The notes: generated from the sequence alone by a model not told the origin. A DNA stretch of 64,000 nucleotides from Octopus vulgaris (GCA_951406725.2 OX597831.1:22382001-22446000), one strand, 5' to 3'. Shown: positions 29,698 through 53,000, counted from the stretch's first letter. A program made the numbers and translations.

Positions 29698-30761
29698 AGA
29701 TGATAGATAGAAAGAAACGATGAAGGGATGAATAGAGGAAGTAAGAATAAAGAGAAGTTGCAGAAATAATTATTAGGTGAGGGGTAGATATTATTTAAGA
29801 AAGGTAGAAGAGTGTTTTTTTCTAATGCAGACACCTGTAAACACGTTCATTAAAGGTGTTGATCAGTTTATGCTTAGAAAAAAGAAGAGAAAAAGGTCTT
29901 GGAGTCAAGCTTCTTTATTTCGCTCATTTACCAGTTGATTATGTTGAAACCGTAAGCTACGATTGGAGCTGGCAGAGTTGCTGAAAGATCGGGAAAATGC
30001 TTTGTAGCCTTTATTCTGATTTAAATTAAGGACAGCAAACTCTACACACTTCATACGCTAACATAATAAAAGCTTTGTCGAGCTGGATGAAATATGCGTG
30101 GATAATACTACATTTGCCATATTCGTATAGTATAAGAAAACTTGTTCTTCGCGGTTATCAACAGCGATTCGGTATCCGTAGGTGACGAGGCGTATCGAGA
30201 CAGAAACCCAAGACCTAATGTCCACTGACGTCTTTCATAGTCCAAGTCTTAATATATTCCTTATACTTAGAATTGTTCACTTGAAATCATATTGACAGCA
30301 TATGCTTTCCAAGCCCTTGTGTATACCGACGTCTCAAACATGAATGTAGACGTCAGTATATATTTTTTCAATACTGTATAGTGAAGCTGTAATCAGAAAA
30401 CGACAACAACAACAACATTAGTAAACAAGAACTGCAACAAGCACGTCATCACCGCAACCGCCACCACATCACAACGAAAACAATAACACTGGCAGCAGCT
30501 GTAGTTAAAAGAATACACGAGGGTCCAATCGGTGTCCCCCGGATAAGAGAAAATAGGGTTGTTAAAGCTAGGGAATTAGCGGCTTCCAATATTGAAAAGC
30601 TAGTTTATATAATTTCTTATGGTGGTGGAGCAGAAACGGAATGGAGCCTAATTAGGAAGCAATAGTCACGTGGATAGATTTTGGCTTTTTTGCAAATTTA
30701 TCTCAAGTTCATGCTTGGTTGAGTAATAGGATTTATTCCAAAAATCGCCGTTGCAAATTTT

Positions 30762-30797
<36 letters not shown>

Positions 30798-30818
30798 CTA
30801 TATATATGTATGTATATA

Positions 30819-30893
<75 letters not shown>

Positions 30894-31136
30894 GTGTGTG
30901 TGTATATATGTATGTATATATATATATATATTCATATATAGACATACATAGATAATATATGTTATATATGTGCCTGTGTGTGTGTATTGCATTTGCGTAT
31001 ATCTTTTTATCTCAATCTACGCACGCACACACACACATATATATGTATGTATGTTTCTGTTTCAACGTCAGGAAAATTGCAAATTAAATACCTAAATATA
31101 TACATGCCTACATAGATACACACATGCATATATATA

Positions 31137-31220
<84 letters not shown>

Positions 31221-31458
31221 CATAACTACACACATATGTTTATGAGGGATTCTGTGCAATTGCGTATGCAGTTATATATATGCATACAGATATATAGATA
31301 TACACACACATACGCACACGTGCATACACATATTCACACACATGTATACACACGCACACACACCTCTAAACACAAATACATATACTTACAGATTGTATAC
31401 GTGTACATTGCAATATTTATTTTTTATGTATATATATACATACATACATATATATATA

Positions 31459-31489
<31 letters not shown>

Positions 31490-31492
<3 letters not shown>

Positions 31493-31758
31493 CGTGATCA
31501 CCGTGACCGACCAGGCTATCAGATGTTGCTTTGTTTTAGCCTTCAAATGACGCCACCTCGGTGGCTAAATGTGCAGGCCAACAGAAGAAAGAGTGAGAGA
31601 AAGTAGTGGCGAAAGAGTACAGCAGGGATCGCCACCACGCCCTGCCGGAGCCTCGTGGAGCTTTAGATGTTTTCGCTGAATAAGCACTCGGTCTGGGAAT
31701 CGAAACCGCGATCCTACGACCGCGAGTCCATTACCCTAACCACTCGGCCATTGCGCCT

Positions 31759-31761
<3 letters not shown>
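31490..31761 (-). mobile_element. Family C SINE variant with GTCACGGTGATCACGGTGA tail
   Basis: Head as in 29306, tail as in 27830-27925. Confidence 0.8.
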
Positions 31762-31838
<77 letters not shown>

Positions 31839-31843
31839 GTATG

Positions 31844-31876
<33 letters not shown>

Positions 31877-32573
31877 ATACATATATACATGCTTGTGTCT
31901 TTTGGTATAAAATTATGCTTGACTGTTATGCCTTCCGTACTGGGGGGGGGGATACCAAAGAGTATAGCATGCGTGTATATATAATATATATCACAATATA
32001 TAACATACACTTGTAATACACACACACGCACACACACACACACAGACTCATACATACATGTATTATATGCATATATACATATATACATGGATGCGTGCAT
32101 TGTCGCTGCTTAGCAATTAACTAGATCTAATTACTTTTATATAATGCATTGTACAATGTTCACCTAAATTAACATTAGTCGGTAAACATTAATTATTGCC
32201 ACATGTCTTGCTCTGCATTCACACACGCTCAAATATGTGTGCATGTACATGTGCACTTATATATACACCTTATACATACGTACATACATACATTAATACA
32301 TACAAGCATACATATATGCATACAGACAGACACACAGACACACGGACACACACACATATATATATATATATGTATACATAAATACACACACACATGTAGA
32401 CACACACTCGCAGACACTCATACGCATTGACATGTCCCTACATGCACATATCTACATGCAAACTTCCCTATCCCTTGTACACCTATTACATCTTTGTACT
32501 AAAGTGCAGACCGACTTCAGCACGAATACATATATCATATATATATATAATATAAATAATATATATGCATGCA

Positions 32574-32656
<83 letters not shown>

Positions 32657-32849
32657 TTATCTATATCAATTTAAAATAATAAGGGTGAAAAATTGAATAT
32701 TAATTTGATTGATATCAATTTAAAACCAGTGGTCTAGCATATTGAAAAATCTGAAGTTTCAGAAAAAATTATATTATTTATATATAAAAGGGATGACCTG
32801 TGAGTGGACATCCATTTTGCTAGAAGATCCGCTATGGTCTTACTACTAA

Positions 32850-33030
32850 GAAAGGAATGTTCTCAAGGTCTGGAAGAGAATCTGGAGGGGTTTTGCCAGG
32901 GCATGCTTACAAGATTTGAGGAGGATTGCTGGGAAACCATCAGGACCAGCAGTTGAGTTTGTGTCTACTTCATCTATGGCTAGTAGTATATCGTCTTCGC
33001 TAATGTCAACGTATTCCATTGTAACTGCCT
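32850..33030 (-). mobile_element. LINE ORF2 fragment upstream of RT (CR1/L2-group)
   Basis: DILLAIDEVDTNSTAGPDGFPAILLKSCKHALAKPLQILF. Confidence 0.8.
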
Positions 33031-33424
33031 CGTATATATATTTAAGTCTGTGTGTTTGTGTCAGTGTTTGTCCCACCACCACCATTGTTTGACAACTAAT
33101 GTTGGTGTGTTTGCGTCCTGTTCGGTAGAAGAGACTGATAGAATAATCACCAGGCTTAGAAGGAAAAAGTCCAGGTGTCGATTTCTTCGACTAAAAGGCG
33201 ATGCTTCAGTCAAATGACTGAAACAAGTAAGAGAATAAAAGAATACCAGAAGAACGTTCCGTACCACTAAACCAAGAAGGTTCTTTGAATACGTACGATG
33301 TATCTTAAACTAAATAATAATTTTGTTTACGTTTGCGTAACTGAGATATTTTGGTAGGGTTATATAGTTATCGGTCTTACACTTCTTCCTAGATTCTGTA
33401 ACTGACACAATATAGAAACATTTC

Positions 33425-34125
33425 TCAAATTTCGTCGAGGTATACTTTGCCTTTCATCCTTTCGGTGTCGATGAAATTAAATACCAGTTGCGTACTGGGT
33501 TCGATCTAATCGACTGGCCTCATCCCCCAAAATTCCGAGCCTTGTGCTTAGAGTAGAAAAGAATATCGTATAAATCACAATATCTTAAAGGCGGCGGGCT
33601 GGCAGAAACGTTAGTACACCGGGCTTTCGGGGTCGATAAATTAAGTACCAGTTACGCACTGGGGTCGGTGTAATCGATTTAATCCCTTTGACTGTCCTTG
33701 TTTGTTTCCTCTATGTTTAGCCCCTTGTGGGCAATAAAGAAATAAGAAACGTTAGCACGCCGGGCCAAATGATTAGCGGTATTTCGTCTGCCGTTACGTT
33801 CTGAGTTCAAATTCCGCCGAGATCGACTTTGCCTTTCATCCTTTCGGGGTCGATAAATTAAGGACCAGTTACACACTGGGGTCGATGTAATCGACTTAAT
33901 CCGTTTGTCTGTCCTTGTTTGTCGTCTCCGTGTTTAGCCCCTTGTGGGTAGTAAACAAATAGGTATTTTGTCTGTCGCTATGTTCTGAGTCCAAATTCCG
34001 CCGATGTCGACTTTGCTTTCATCCTTTTGGGGTTGATAAATTAAGTACCAGTGTCATACTGGAGTCGATCTAATCGACTGGCCCCCGCTCCCAAATTTTC
34101 GGGCGTTGTGCCTAAAATAGTAAGG
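33425..34125 (+). mobile_element. Cluster of ~4 nested/tandem SINE family B copies
   Basis: Repeated CTTTCGGGGTCGATAAATTAAGTACCAG core. Confidence 0.9.
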
Positions 34126-34778
34126 GACCAGCACACTATTTACTTTTTTTAATACTTTAATTTTTTTTATATTTACATTTTTGAAATATTTTCCATGAAT
34201 TTTTCACGAGTCCTGCGTATATTTTAAAAATCACATTTACATCAGAGACCTGGTGTCTAGGTAAGAACTACCAACCTCGGGAAAGAACGCAATAAATTTT
34301 AACTTTTTCCCAGTTATTATCAAAGCACTAATTTAATGTCTAATATCTAGTTATTAATCAGCTAGAATTCCATCTTATTTTGAACATGTATTTACAAATC
34401 ATACATAAATAAATGCATATTTAAAATTTCAACATGGTGGAAATGTAACTCCAAAAAGCATTGCGTAGAACATCTATAATAATGCTGTCAGTAGCTACAT
34501 TAACAGTATGTGACTTCAATGGTGTTAAACATAATATTTATAAGCTGTCTAACGCCATTTAAACTAAACCAAATTATCCCAAAATTACTTTCTGTTCCAT
34601 GGGGAGATTACAAAATTTTGTATTATCACTTTATTTTAACGACGCAACCAACAGCTTGTGATTATTAAAAAAAAGTGTTGGTTAGGTTGTATTTGAAACT
34701 ATATAAAAGATAAAGATAGATGTGGTCTCTCCCCCTCTCTCTCTATCTCTCTCCATCCCTGTATCTATATATCTATCC

Positions 34779-34820
<42 letters not shown>

Positions 34821-34841
34821 AAATATGTGAATGTATGCATG

Positions 34842-34873
<32 letters not shown>

Positions 34874-35809
34874 TATACATATACATACACAAATTTATCT
34901 ACTACATCTACATATATTCAAAGACAAAAACACACAGATGCACATACAGGCACACACACACATACAAACACACACACATACAAACACACACACACACGCT
35001 CACTCGCACACATGTGTCTGCACATATATTTACTTGGAGCACAAAATTACAGAAAAATAGGAAAATTATTTAACTTGACAGCTGTTTCCAGAAGTTCAGA
35101 GTTTCGTGATGATCACATAAGTCATAATTTTCAGGTGAAATACACAAAGAGATCATCAATATGCAACACGTAACAGGTCACATGGACTTTACAATGATTC
35201 CGGCTTCCCACATCAAGTGAGAATTAGCAAATGTTGTTCAGAGAGCTGTGTCAACAGATATGAATTATTGAAAGAATAGACAGGGCAGGACATGAACAAA
35301 TGGAGAGAGGAGGAAGGGGGAATTTCTATCACATAGGAAGAAACATAAGTAGAAAAGAAGGGACGAAATACGGGGAGAGGGAGCAGAATTTCTACGACAT
35401 AAGAAGGAAGTAGGACAGGCAGAGTAGGAGAAATAGCGTTTGTTTTGCATATATACATGTTTATATGTATGTAAATATAAATATGTATATATGTGTATAT
35501 GCATGTATGTATATATATATATGCTAGTTCAACGGTGTTTCTCAAGGTTTAGATACATTATATGCATGTGCATGTGTGTATATATATAAATATATACCAA
35601 CACACATACATACATATATACATAGATACACACACACCTACATAAAAACAAAAATACCCTGTTGTAGAAATTTCAATGAAGGAGCTTTGGATCTAGTTTA
35701 GAAACCGATTCTTTCTCTATTGGCTTGAAATCTTAAAATAAAACTGAATAATGGCATACATACATACATACATATATGTATATATATAAACACATATATA
35801 TATATATAT

Positions 35810-35998
35810 GACCGCGTGTGTACTGTTGGCGATTTTTTCCCTCTGTCTTCCCTTCTCTGGATCTTTCCTTCTCCGACGAAGAGCTCCGCTCGAAACGTTA
35901 AACCCTCCTTCTTTCCTGAGCGTCCAATAATACTATGTTTGTTCCACGTCCTCGCGTTGTTGTGTTTTTTTGTGCTTTCATGTTTGGATTAACTTTAT
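35810..35998 (+). mobile_element. Penelope pLTR-like remnant with degenerate minimal hammerhead
   Basis: CCGACGA-A-GAGC(tcc)GCTC-GAAAC-GTTA at 35873-35900, within a pyrimidine-rich element flanked by (TA)n. Confidence 0.55.
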
Positions 35999-36039
35999 AT
36001 ATATATAATATATATACACATACACACATACACACACAC

Positions 36040-36080
<41 letters not shown>

Positions 36081-36089
36081 TTCACTATG

Positions 36090-36212
36090 TTTTAAACACT
36101 CCACGTTTTAGACTCTCCGTGATTCAGCTACATTTCAGACTGTCCGCGATTCAGCCGCATTTGAGACTCTCCGTGACTCCGCTGCGTTTCAGACTCTCTG
36201 CGCTTCAGACTT
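36090..36212. repeat. Short minisatellite (~23-bp unit TTTCAGACTCTCCGTGATTCAGC)
   Basis: About 5 degenerate tandem units. Confidence 0.8.
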
Positions 36213-36214
36213 TC

Positions 36215-36760
36215 CGGTTTCAAGTTTACAGAAGATCGCTTAGACGAGGTCATCTACAAGAATCCGTCCCATTTCATTCGGGAAGTGTTCCAGCGGCTGG
36301 CATGTTCTCACGATACCGTTACCGTCATCTCTACCCAATGGATAAGGTCCAAATACTCTGTGCTTGAGCTGTTGATTTTCCACTACGTTACTAATTTGAC
36401 GAAAATTGCTATTCAGTAATTCGGTAGGTTAATTTCAATGCATCTAATTTCTTCTCCTGATAAAGCACCTTTTTATATTATCACCTGTTTTTGGTAACTC
36501 TCCAACAGTCTGCGAGATGTTTCGTTCAACTTCAGCAACAACAATAACGGGGAACTATAAACGTATCTTGATGGATTCTTTTTGTCAAGATCTGCAGATT
36601 TCTACCGTCAAGGCACCGAAAAGATTGTGGAAGCTGGCAAGAAGTCTTGAACAGTGAGAGAAAATATTATTAAATAATTTGTTGAAATAGTTGATGAAAA
36701 ATTAAGATTAAATTAAATGGAGAGAAAAGAAAAAAAACTCAACGAATTTATCTGACAAAA
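36215..36760 (+). mobile_element. Internally deleted mariner transposase remnant
   Basis: DRLDEVIYKNPSHFIREVFQRLACSHDTV..HLYPMDKV (HTH), then YHLF..LSNSL..LDGFFLSRSADFYRQG..WQEV (C-terminus). Confidence 0.75.
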
Positions 36761-36763
36761 TAT

Positions 36764-36854
36764 TACAATGGCGCAACAATATCAACATCACCGTAATCCA
36801 CACATCTCTATGATGTATGAATTATAGCGATGGTGATATTGGTGCGTCACTGTA
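36764..36854. repeat. 91-nt hairpin / palindromic TA-flanked MITE
   Basis: 43-nt arms TACAATGGCGCAACAATATCAACATCACCGTAATCCACACATC / GATGTATGAATTATAGCGATGGTGATATTGGTGCGTCACTGTA with a 5-nt loop. Confidence 0.85.
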
Positions 36855-37079
36855 CACGAAGCTGCGACCGAGATGATACGGAATGTTTAATGTAATTAGG
36901 TGCGTTGTTGTGCCAAATTTAACATAAACGTATTTCGAAGAAAATTTTTTTTTAAGGAAAAAAAACAACATTGATAGCAAAATTAAATTATCGTACAATC
37001 ATGTTTTAATTCAACGTTTGAGACATCTGCTATGCCCCATATATACATACACGCACAAACTCATCTATCTCTCTGCCCG

Positions 37080-37174
<95 letters not shown>

Positions 37175-37478
37175 GTCTACATATATGCGAGTATGTCTTT
37201 TTGTGTATGTGTGTATATATGCCTACATTTACTTAATAGATTGAACTCACAAAATAATCATTCTCATTAGGTCTTTGCATGTGTCACAATGATTATTTAT
37301 AGAAATACGTGACTTACTTACACTCCTACACACCACACACTGTTATATAATACCATATATATGTTTGTGTGTATACATATATGTATATACACATGTACGT
37401 GTATATATGTATATATATATATCCCCGTATGTGTATATGTATGTGTATATGCATATGTTTGTATGAAATACATATATG

Positions 37479-37512
<34 letters not shown>

Positions 37513-37631
37513 CGCATGTAGTATGTATGTACGCATGTATGTATGTATATATGTGTGTTTGTGTGTGTGTGTGAATGTATCAGTGGCTCTGCATGCGTAT
37601 ACCCGCATGCGTCATACACACGCACACACAT

Positions 37632-37674
<43 letters not shown>

Positions 37675-37772
37675 AATATGTATGTATATATTTATATATA
37701 TATGAAAATATATATACACATGCATACATTATATAAATACACACACACATATATATACATACACAAATACGT

Positions 37773-37816
<44 letters not shown>

Positions 37817-38227
37817 GCATATACACACCACAATTACACTAACGTACATGCATGTAGATATATATAATCAACTGAGGATGACACGATGATCAGCGTGAAA
37901 AAAAAAATATCTGGAAAAACAACTTCCATATAGAAATAACAAAAACATCACTAAAAAAAACATTCACCGCACCGCCACAACCACCGCCACCACCACCACC
38001 ACCATCTACAACAACAGCAACAACAACAACAACAATATCAACAACAAGAACACCTATGGCAGACTCTTCGCTACGTCATGCTGACGTCATTGTTAAAAAC
38101 CAACAAAGAATGAACGTGTTGTTACAGGAATTCACAGGTGTTGTCGTGTCGCATGCTTCTGTTCAATATATGACTAGGTGTCAGTGTGTGAGTGTGTATA
38201 AATATACATACATACATACATATATGC

Positions 38228-38301
<74 letters not shown>

Positions 38302-38477
38302 ATATGCATGTATGTATGTATATATGTATGCATATATATATATAGTATGCATATACATGTGTATAATAAATGTACATGCATGCATAGAAAATTGAATACG
38401 CACGTACCTATGCATACATCATTTACACACATACACACATACATACATACATACATACACACAGGGTCGTATTCTTA

Positions 38478-38517
<40 letters not shown>

Positions 38518-38620
38518 CATGCACAACCACTCATGTATATGTAAATAAATGCATGCATAATATATACATATATATAAATATATACATACTTAAATTTATA
38601 TATATACGCATTCACTCCGC

Positions 38621-38766
<146 letters not shown>

Positions 38767-39249
38767 ATTTATATATATTTGTGTGTGTATGTGTGTGCAC
38801 GTACACAGATGTATCAATAAGTACAACTTTTCATCTATTTATCTTTATTGATACACACACGCACGTTCGCACGCGCGCACACACACACATGTACACACAC
38901 GCACTTAAGCAACACACACACACACACACACACATATATACACTAACACACAAAAGCATATGAATTACATTTTTGTGTGTTGTTCAAGTCAAGCTATTCA
39001 GCCAAAATGATAGCAAAATTTTCATATTTGAATTCGTCTCGTGTTACAATACCATTAAAACCTTCCTGTTTTTGTTTTTTCAGATTCACGATATCAAGGT
39101 AATAAGCAATATATTATCTCTCTCATAAATATTTCACTGTGGTTTTCTATGCATTATATTAAGGTAATATCATTTTCTATGCGTATCCTGTACTAAAATA
39201 CTTCACTATTTTATTTCTACTTTCCAGCATCAGGTGTCCTTATTAATTG

Positions 39250-39565
39250 GAACTCCATCGGTTATGAGGAGGAGGAGGGTTCCAGTTGATCCGATCAGTG
39301 GAGCAGCCTGCACGTGAAATTGACGTGCAAGTGGTTGAGTACTCCACAGACAGCCGTACCCTTAACGTACGCTAATCTCAGGGAGATTCAGCGTGACAGA
39401 AAAAGTGACAAGGCTGGTCCCTTTGAATTTTTTACCAGTTGAACGAACTAGAGCAATGAGAAATAAAGTATCTTGCTCAAGGACACTACGAGCCGCCGAG
39501 AATCGAACTCACGACTTTATGATCGTAAACCGAATACCCATACCCACTAAGCCACGTACCTTCAC
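39250..39565 (-). mobile_element. Older family C-tail SINE
   Basis: Tail homologous to 14270-14440; tRNA-like head at 39490-39565. Confidence 0.75.
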
Positions 39566-40109
39566 CGCTAGCATTATTACGATGGCGGAAAGGCGGCGAT
39601 CTGGCAGAATCGTTAGCACGCCGGGCGAAATGCTCAGCAGTATTTCGTCCGTCCCTACGTTCTGTGTTCAAATTCCACCGTGGTCGACGTTGCCTTTTAT
39701 CCTTTCAGGGTCGGTTAAATAAGTACCAGTTACACACTGGGGTCGCTGTAATCGACTTAATCCTTTCCCCCAAATTTCAGGCCTTGTACCTACAGTAGAA
39801 AGGATTATTACGTCTGAGGAAATATATCCTTTCCGGCATTTAGCTACTGATTGTTACGTTTCACGGTTTCGAATGTAGTCGAAGATAGTTTTGTCTTTCT
39901 TCCTTCTGTGGTTGATAATATTCTTTCTACTATAAACAGAAGACCTGAAATTTTAGCAGGCAGGGTTCAGCCGATTATATCGATTCCAGTGCTCGGTGAA
40001 AAGTACAGACGACGTCGGCGGAATTTGAACACATAACGTAAACCAAGAAGAAATACTGCTAAGCATTTTGCCCTGCGTGCTAACGATTCTGCCAGCTCAC
40101 CGACACATT

Positions 40110-40919
<810 letters not shown>

Positions 40920-41199
40920 TAATAATAATAATAATGATAATAATGATAATAATCCTTTCTACTGGTAACACAAGGCCTCGAATTTGGGTAAAGGAGTTAA
41001 GTGGATTACATCGACGCCAGTACGCAACTGATACTTATTTTATCGACCCCGAAGGAACGGAAGGCAAAGTCGACCAGGGTGGAATTTGAACTCAGAACGA
41101 AGCGACGAGTGAAATACCGCTAAGCATTACGTCCAGCGTCCTACCGATTTTGCTATAAGAACGTGACTTGTAAATCGAACAGCAAGTGAACAGAAACTG

Positions 41200-41440
41200 A
41201 GTCGTGTAAAAAAGAAAGATAAATAAAATCAGAAAGTGTGGTGACATTTGGTGTACTATTGTCAAATTTCGGGAAGTATGGAAGCTTTGAAGGGTGTAGC
41301 GTCACGACAACTAACAACTGATGCGGGTAGTTTATTCCATAGTTTAGCAAATCTGAGCGTGCAAATAATGTATGTCTCTGAAAATAATGGGTGCTGTGGT
41401 GTGTTTTGGTTTTGTAAGTATGTCCAAGAGTGGACAATTC
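41200..41440 (-). mobile_element. CR1-group LINE 3' fragment
   Basis: TLGHTYK and LWNKLPASVVSCRDATPFKASIL, the CR1-type C-terminal motif. Confidence 0.75.
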
Positions 41441-43694
41441 TTAATTTGAATCGAACTGGAGTTGATTTTATGTTTCACTCTTTCAGAGGGCGATAGAATA
41501 AATTGCCAGTCAATCACAGGGGTCGTTTTTAACACTCCTACAAAACACCCTGGATTCCAATGGTATTATAATAGAAGTCTAAGATCACAGGTTTGAAACC
41601 AACTGTTGCTGGCTTTAGGTGTTATCATTCGAAAGCTTGATAAGATGACCCAGTGAAGTGCTAAGGTCAATTTAATCGAATATATCTGTCACTTGATGAT
41701 TTTAGTCCTTCGACCTGTGTTAAAAATCAATATTTTATCGGTTCAAACTCAGGCGCACAGACAAACATCTAACTAACGAACCTCCGTCCTAAAGCATCAT
41801 CTCCTCCTCTACCTCCTTCTTCTTCTTTCTCCTCCTCCTCCTCCTCCTCCTCCTCCTTCCACTCAGTTTTCTGTTCTGTATCTTCATATCGTTACGAGTG
41901 ATACTGTGTGATTGGCCGGTTCAAGCCAGTTAATTTCGCGGGCGTGTGTATGTGTGTATGTGTGTGTGTGCGTGCGTGTGTGTATGCGTGCGTGCGTGTG
42001 TGAGAAATATAAAAGTGTTGAAAAAATGGAAAAGCACGTTAATTGTATCTGACCTCTTTCTAATTGGTTGCATCCTTATCAAACTGCAAAGCATACACGC
42101 ACACACACACGTATGTATATGTATATATGTATGTATGTATGTATGTATATATATGTACATATGTGAGTAAGAATGTGTGTAGGTATAGATGTGTGTAAAT
42201 ATATATATATATATGTAAGTATGTATATACATATATATATATGTATGGATGAATTGATAGTGACATAGATAGTGATATTTATATACATATATACATACAC
42301 ACACATGGAGATAAACAGATATTCTGTTCCAAATTCTGACAATATTCTAGACTTTTGTTTGTATTTCCCTCCTCCGCCACAAACGTAGCTTGCACACATA
42401 CACGCATGTATGTATGTATGTATGTATGTATGTATGTATGTATGTATGTATGTGTGTATGTATGTATGCATGTATGTATGTATGCATGTATGTATGTATG
42501 TATGTATGTATGTATGTATGTGTGTGTGTGTATGTATGCATGCATTTATGTATATATATATATGTATGTATGTGTCAGTATAAGAGTAAATATATAAGAT
42601 ATATAAGATAACATCAATATGAGAAATGCAACGAAATTAACCAACTACATATGGCAATTAAAAATAAAAACGTTCCTAATTCTAGCATTAAAAAGAAAAA
42701 TATTGAAAGATGCAAAGATGAAAACCTTACATGAACGAAAGGTAAGGATGGGTTCTTTGCATAGCTGATAGAAGACGAATTCTCAAAATCTCCTTAACCA
42801 TGATATCTAGTTGAATATTAGGTAAGAGGTTTTCGAGAAATGCAGGCACTCTGAGAAGTAACTGTTAACTAGCCATTTTTCATAAACTGCATGCGACATC
42901 ATAATATTGATATGTTTGTGATTTGCTTCTTTTATTTTTATTATTTATCTTATTTTTCGCTTCTCTTTTCTTTCTTGCTCTTCTTTTTTTTATTGCGCCT
43001 CACCTTTCTATTCTTTTTATAAGAATGTCTCTCGAGTCTGCAACCTGTCTTCTTTATATCTATTCCAATCTTGTCTTATTTTCGTTCACATCACAATTTT
43101 TTTTACACTTTATTTAACATTTCTGTTATGAATGATGAATCCACAATTTTTACAATCTAAGAGTTATACACTCCTACGGAATATCGAAAACCGTTTATTT
43201 CATTAGCAAAAAAAAAAAAAAGTTACAAAAAATGCATTTCAATCCACAAAATTCTTGATTATGTCAAGAAACTATTGGTAACCAAAGATCTGAGGAATTA
43301 GGTTTTGGCAGCAGAGAAATGGATGTAACAACAGGGACTTGCAATTAACTGACAACGCTGTGACGTCAACAAGGCTCACTGGGGACATGATGTGGCGGCA
43401 TCACAGAACTGGGATTTGAAAATGTAGATTCTGTGGAGTACCATGAATTGGTGGCGACTAGGTGTCCCCGTAGTTTACTATGTAACAAAATACTTCGCTA
43501 GTGGGAGAAGCGAGTAAGTATTGCGATCAAGCAACGGCCCTTCGTAAATATTAGGAATTTAATAGTTTCCAATTAGAATAATTTTTTTTTATGTATTAAA
43601 CATTTTCAAAATATACATACGCGGTAATTGTGTATTGGTGAAAATTTGCATACGTGCAATATCATTCTTTGACTTCGTGAGATTGTGTTTCTCA

Positions 43695-50370
<6,676 letters not shown>

Positions 50371-50644
50371 ACCTGCCCAATAGCAGAGATATCTTGTTTG
50401 AACAAGTTTTATGTTCCTGGACGGAATGCATTAAATACAAAAGATTGTATACATATATATATTAAAGAAGAAAAAAAAAACGAAAACAAACAAAGAACAC
50501 GTTTCATTGTTGTGATGACAGCAAAGAAATCCTGAGTGTTTATATTTATCTGTGTACATATGAATGATTTCGTGTATAGCTGTATAGACAACGGTATCAG
50601 TGTATAATTGTGCATTTACAAATATGGAGCTAGCTCCGTCTACG

Positions 50645-50751
<107 letters not shown>

Positions 50752-51425
50752 CATTTTATCACTACATCCGTGTTGCATTTTCATTTCATACCACCTTCCC
50801 ATAATTATTTAACCTACCATCGTCTCAGTAACTATATATAAAGCTCTTTGATGTATTGTTCATGCTTACAATCCTGTCTATCGTCTTGCCTCAAATGCTT
50901 TTACCGTAACGATAACACACCGTGTGATTTTTGTGAGCGTTGAATGTATCTGTTTATCATCCATTGTATTTTCTCTACTTTTAATCGCTCGATTCCTTGG
51001 ATTGCTCTATCTCTAAACAGCGCCGCCGTTTATTTTATGACACTTGATGCCCTGTAACTTAACAGTTTGGTAAACAATCGATAGAATAGATGCTAGATTT
51101 AAAAAAAACGGTGCGTAAGCCGCTACGATAGACTAAACCTAAAGAATACAAGCCCCCAGAGTGGAGCAACTCCAGAAAGTGTAACAAGTAAAAGAAAAGA
51201 TAAATAGACACATGGACGTATATGCATGTATGAAAGTTCTTGTATATATCTGTGTGTGTGAGTGTGTATGTACGTATGTACGTAAGTATGTGTGTATGTG
51301 TGTGTATATTTATTATTCGAAGTGCATCTTTTTCCTGAGTTATGGACCTTTAGACAACTTACACACGTACGCACACGCTGTCACACACTGTTGGGTATAT
51401 TGCAATAGGTTGTCTGCGTTATGTG

Positions 51426-51456
<31 letters not shown>

Positions 51457-51459
<3 letters not shown>

Positions 51460-51635
51460 AGAATTCACGAAAAAACATAAGACGAAGACAGATAGTGTAG
51501 AAAACAAACAGATGTATTAGTATAACTCTCGGGAATTGAAAAGAGTCTTTTACGTTTCGAGCCTCCGCTCTTCCACAGAAAGGAACACAGAAAGAAAGAA
51601 GGAGAGAAACAAGGAGAGAAAAAATGTGTGTAGTA
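51457..51635 (-). mobile_element. Penelope pLTR-like element with minimal type I hammerhead (51547-51582)
   Basis: Minus strand CTTT-CTGTGGA-A-GAGC(ggag)GCTC-GAAAC-GTA-AAAG. Second partial copy at 13038-13140. Confidence 0.65.
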
Positions 51636-52522
51636 GCTATATATATACATATATACACACATACATACATACATACATACATACATACATACATACATAC
51701 ATACATACATACATACATACATACATACGTACATACACACATATATATATATATATGGTTAAATCGAACGTTAGCAGTTGGACATTTACCAATCGAACAA
51801 TAAAGATAGCGAATAACAAAACAACAAGAGGATGTATATATATATGGAATGTATTAACTTGACTCTCAATAAAGGTGGGAAAATAAAGGAAAAATCCAGA
51901 GAAGGAAATCGTCTACATGGCTGAAGTGACCGGCATTAATATAAAATTCGGATTGACAGAGAAATAAGAAATTGCCACGAACTTGATTACCTGACAGCTG
52001 TTTCTGTTAAAGGATACAAGGCATTCATAAATGAATGCTCTAGTATCAGCCTACAGCTTCATCAAAGCTTCAAGCACGAAGTACAATTTTATTTGGGAAG
52101 GAAAGCATTTCCATTCATATATACATTTATACACAGAAAAGCATTACCAACAATAAGAGTAGAAGCACATGTAGGAAATTAATTCAGGAGTACTCGACCG
52201 TGCTTTTGTTGTAAATCACATGTATATTCAGTTCTAACATCAGATTATTAGTATTGCCATGCAAAACAATATATACATATATAGAAGCATATATACTATG
52301 TATATATTGTCCATATATATATATGTGATATTGATATGCATTAAAATGGCGTAGATTTTCTTAAGTATTGAGAGATATAATGTTAAAGAATGTGGCTGTG
52401 TAAAGGCGAAATATAGAAATACAAGGTAAAACTGGAACTTCGTTTTGTTTCCTTTTTTATTTTATAGTTTATTTTCTGCCTTGTTGGATTGAACCGGTTT
52501 TACAAAAATACAACCTTTATAT

Positions 52523-53000
<478 letters not shown>

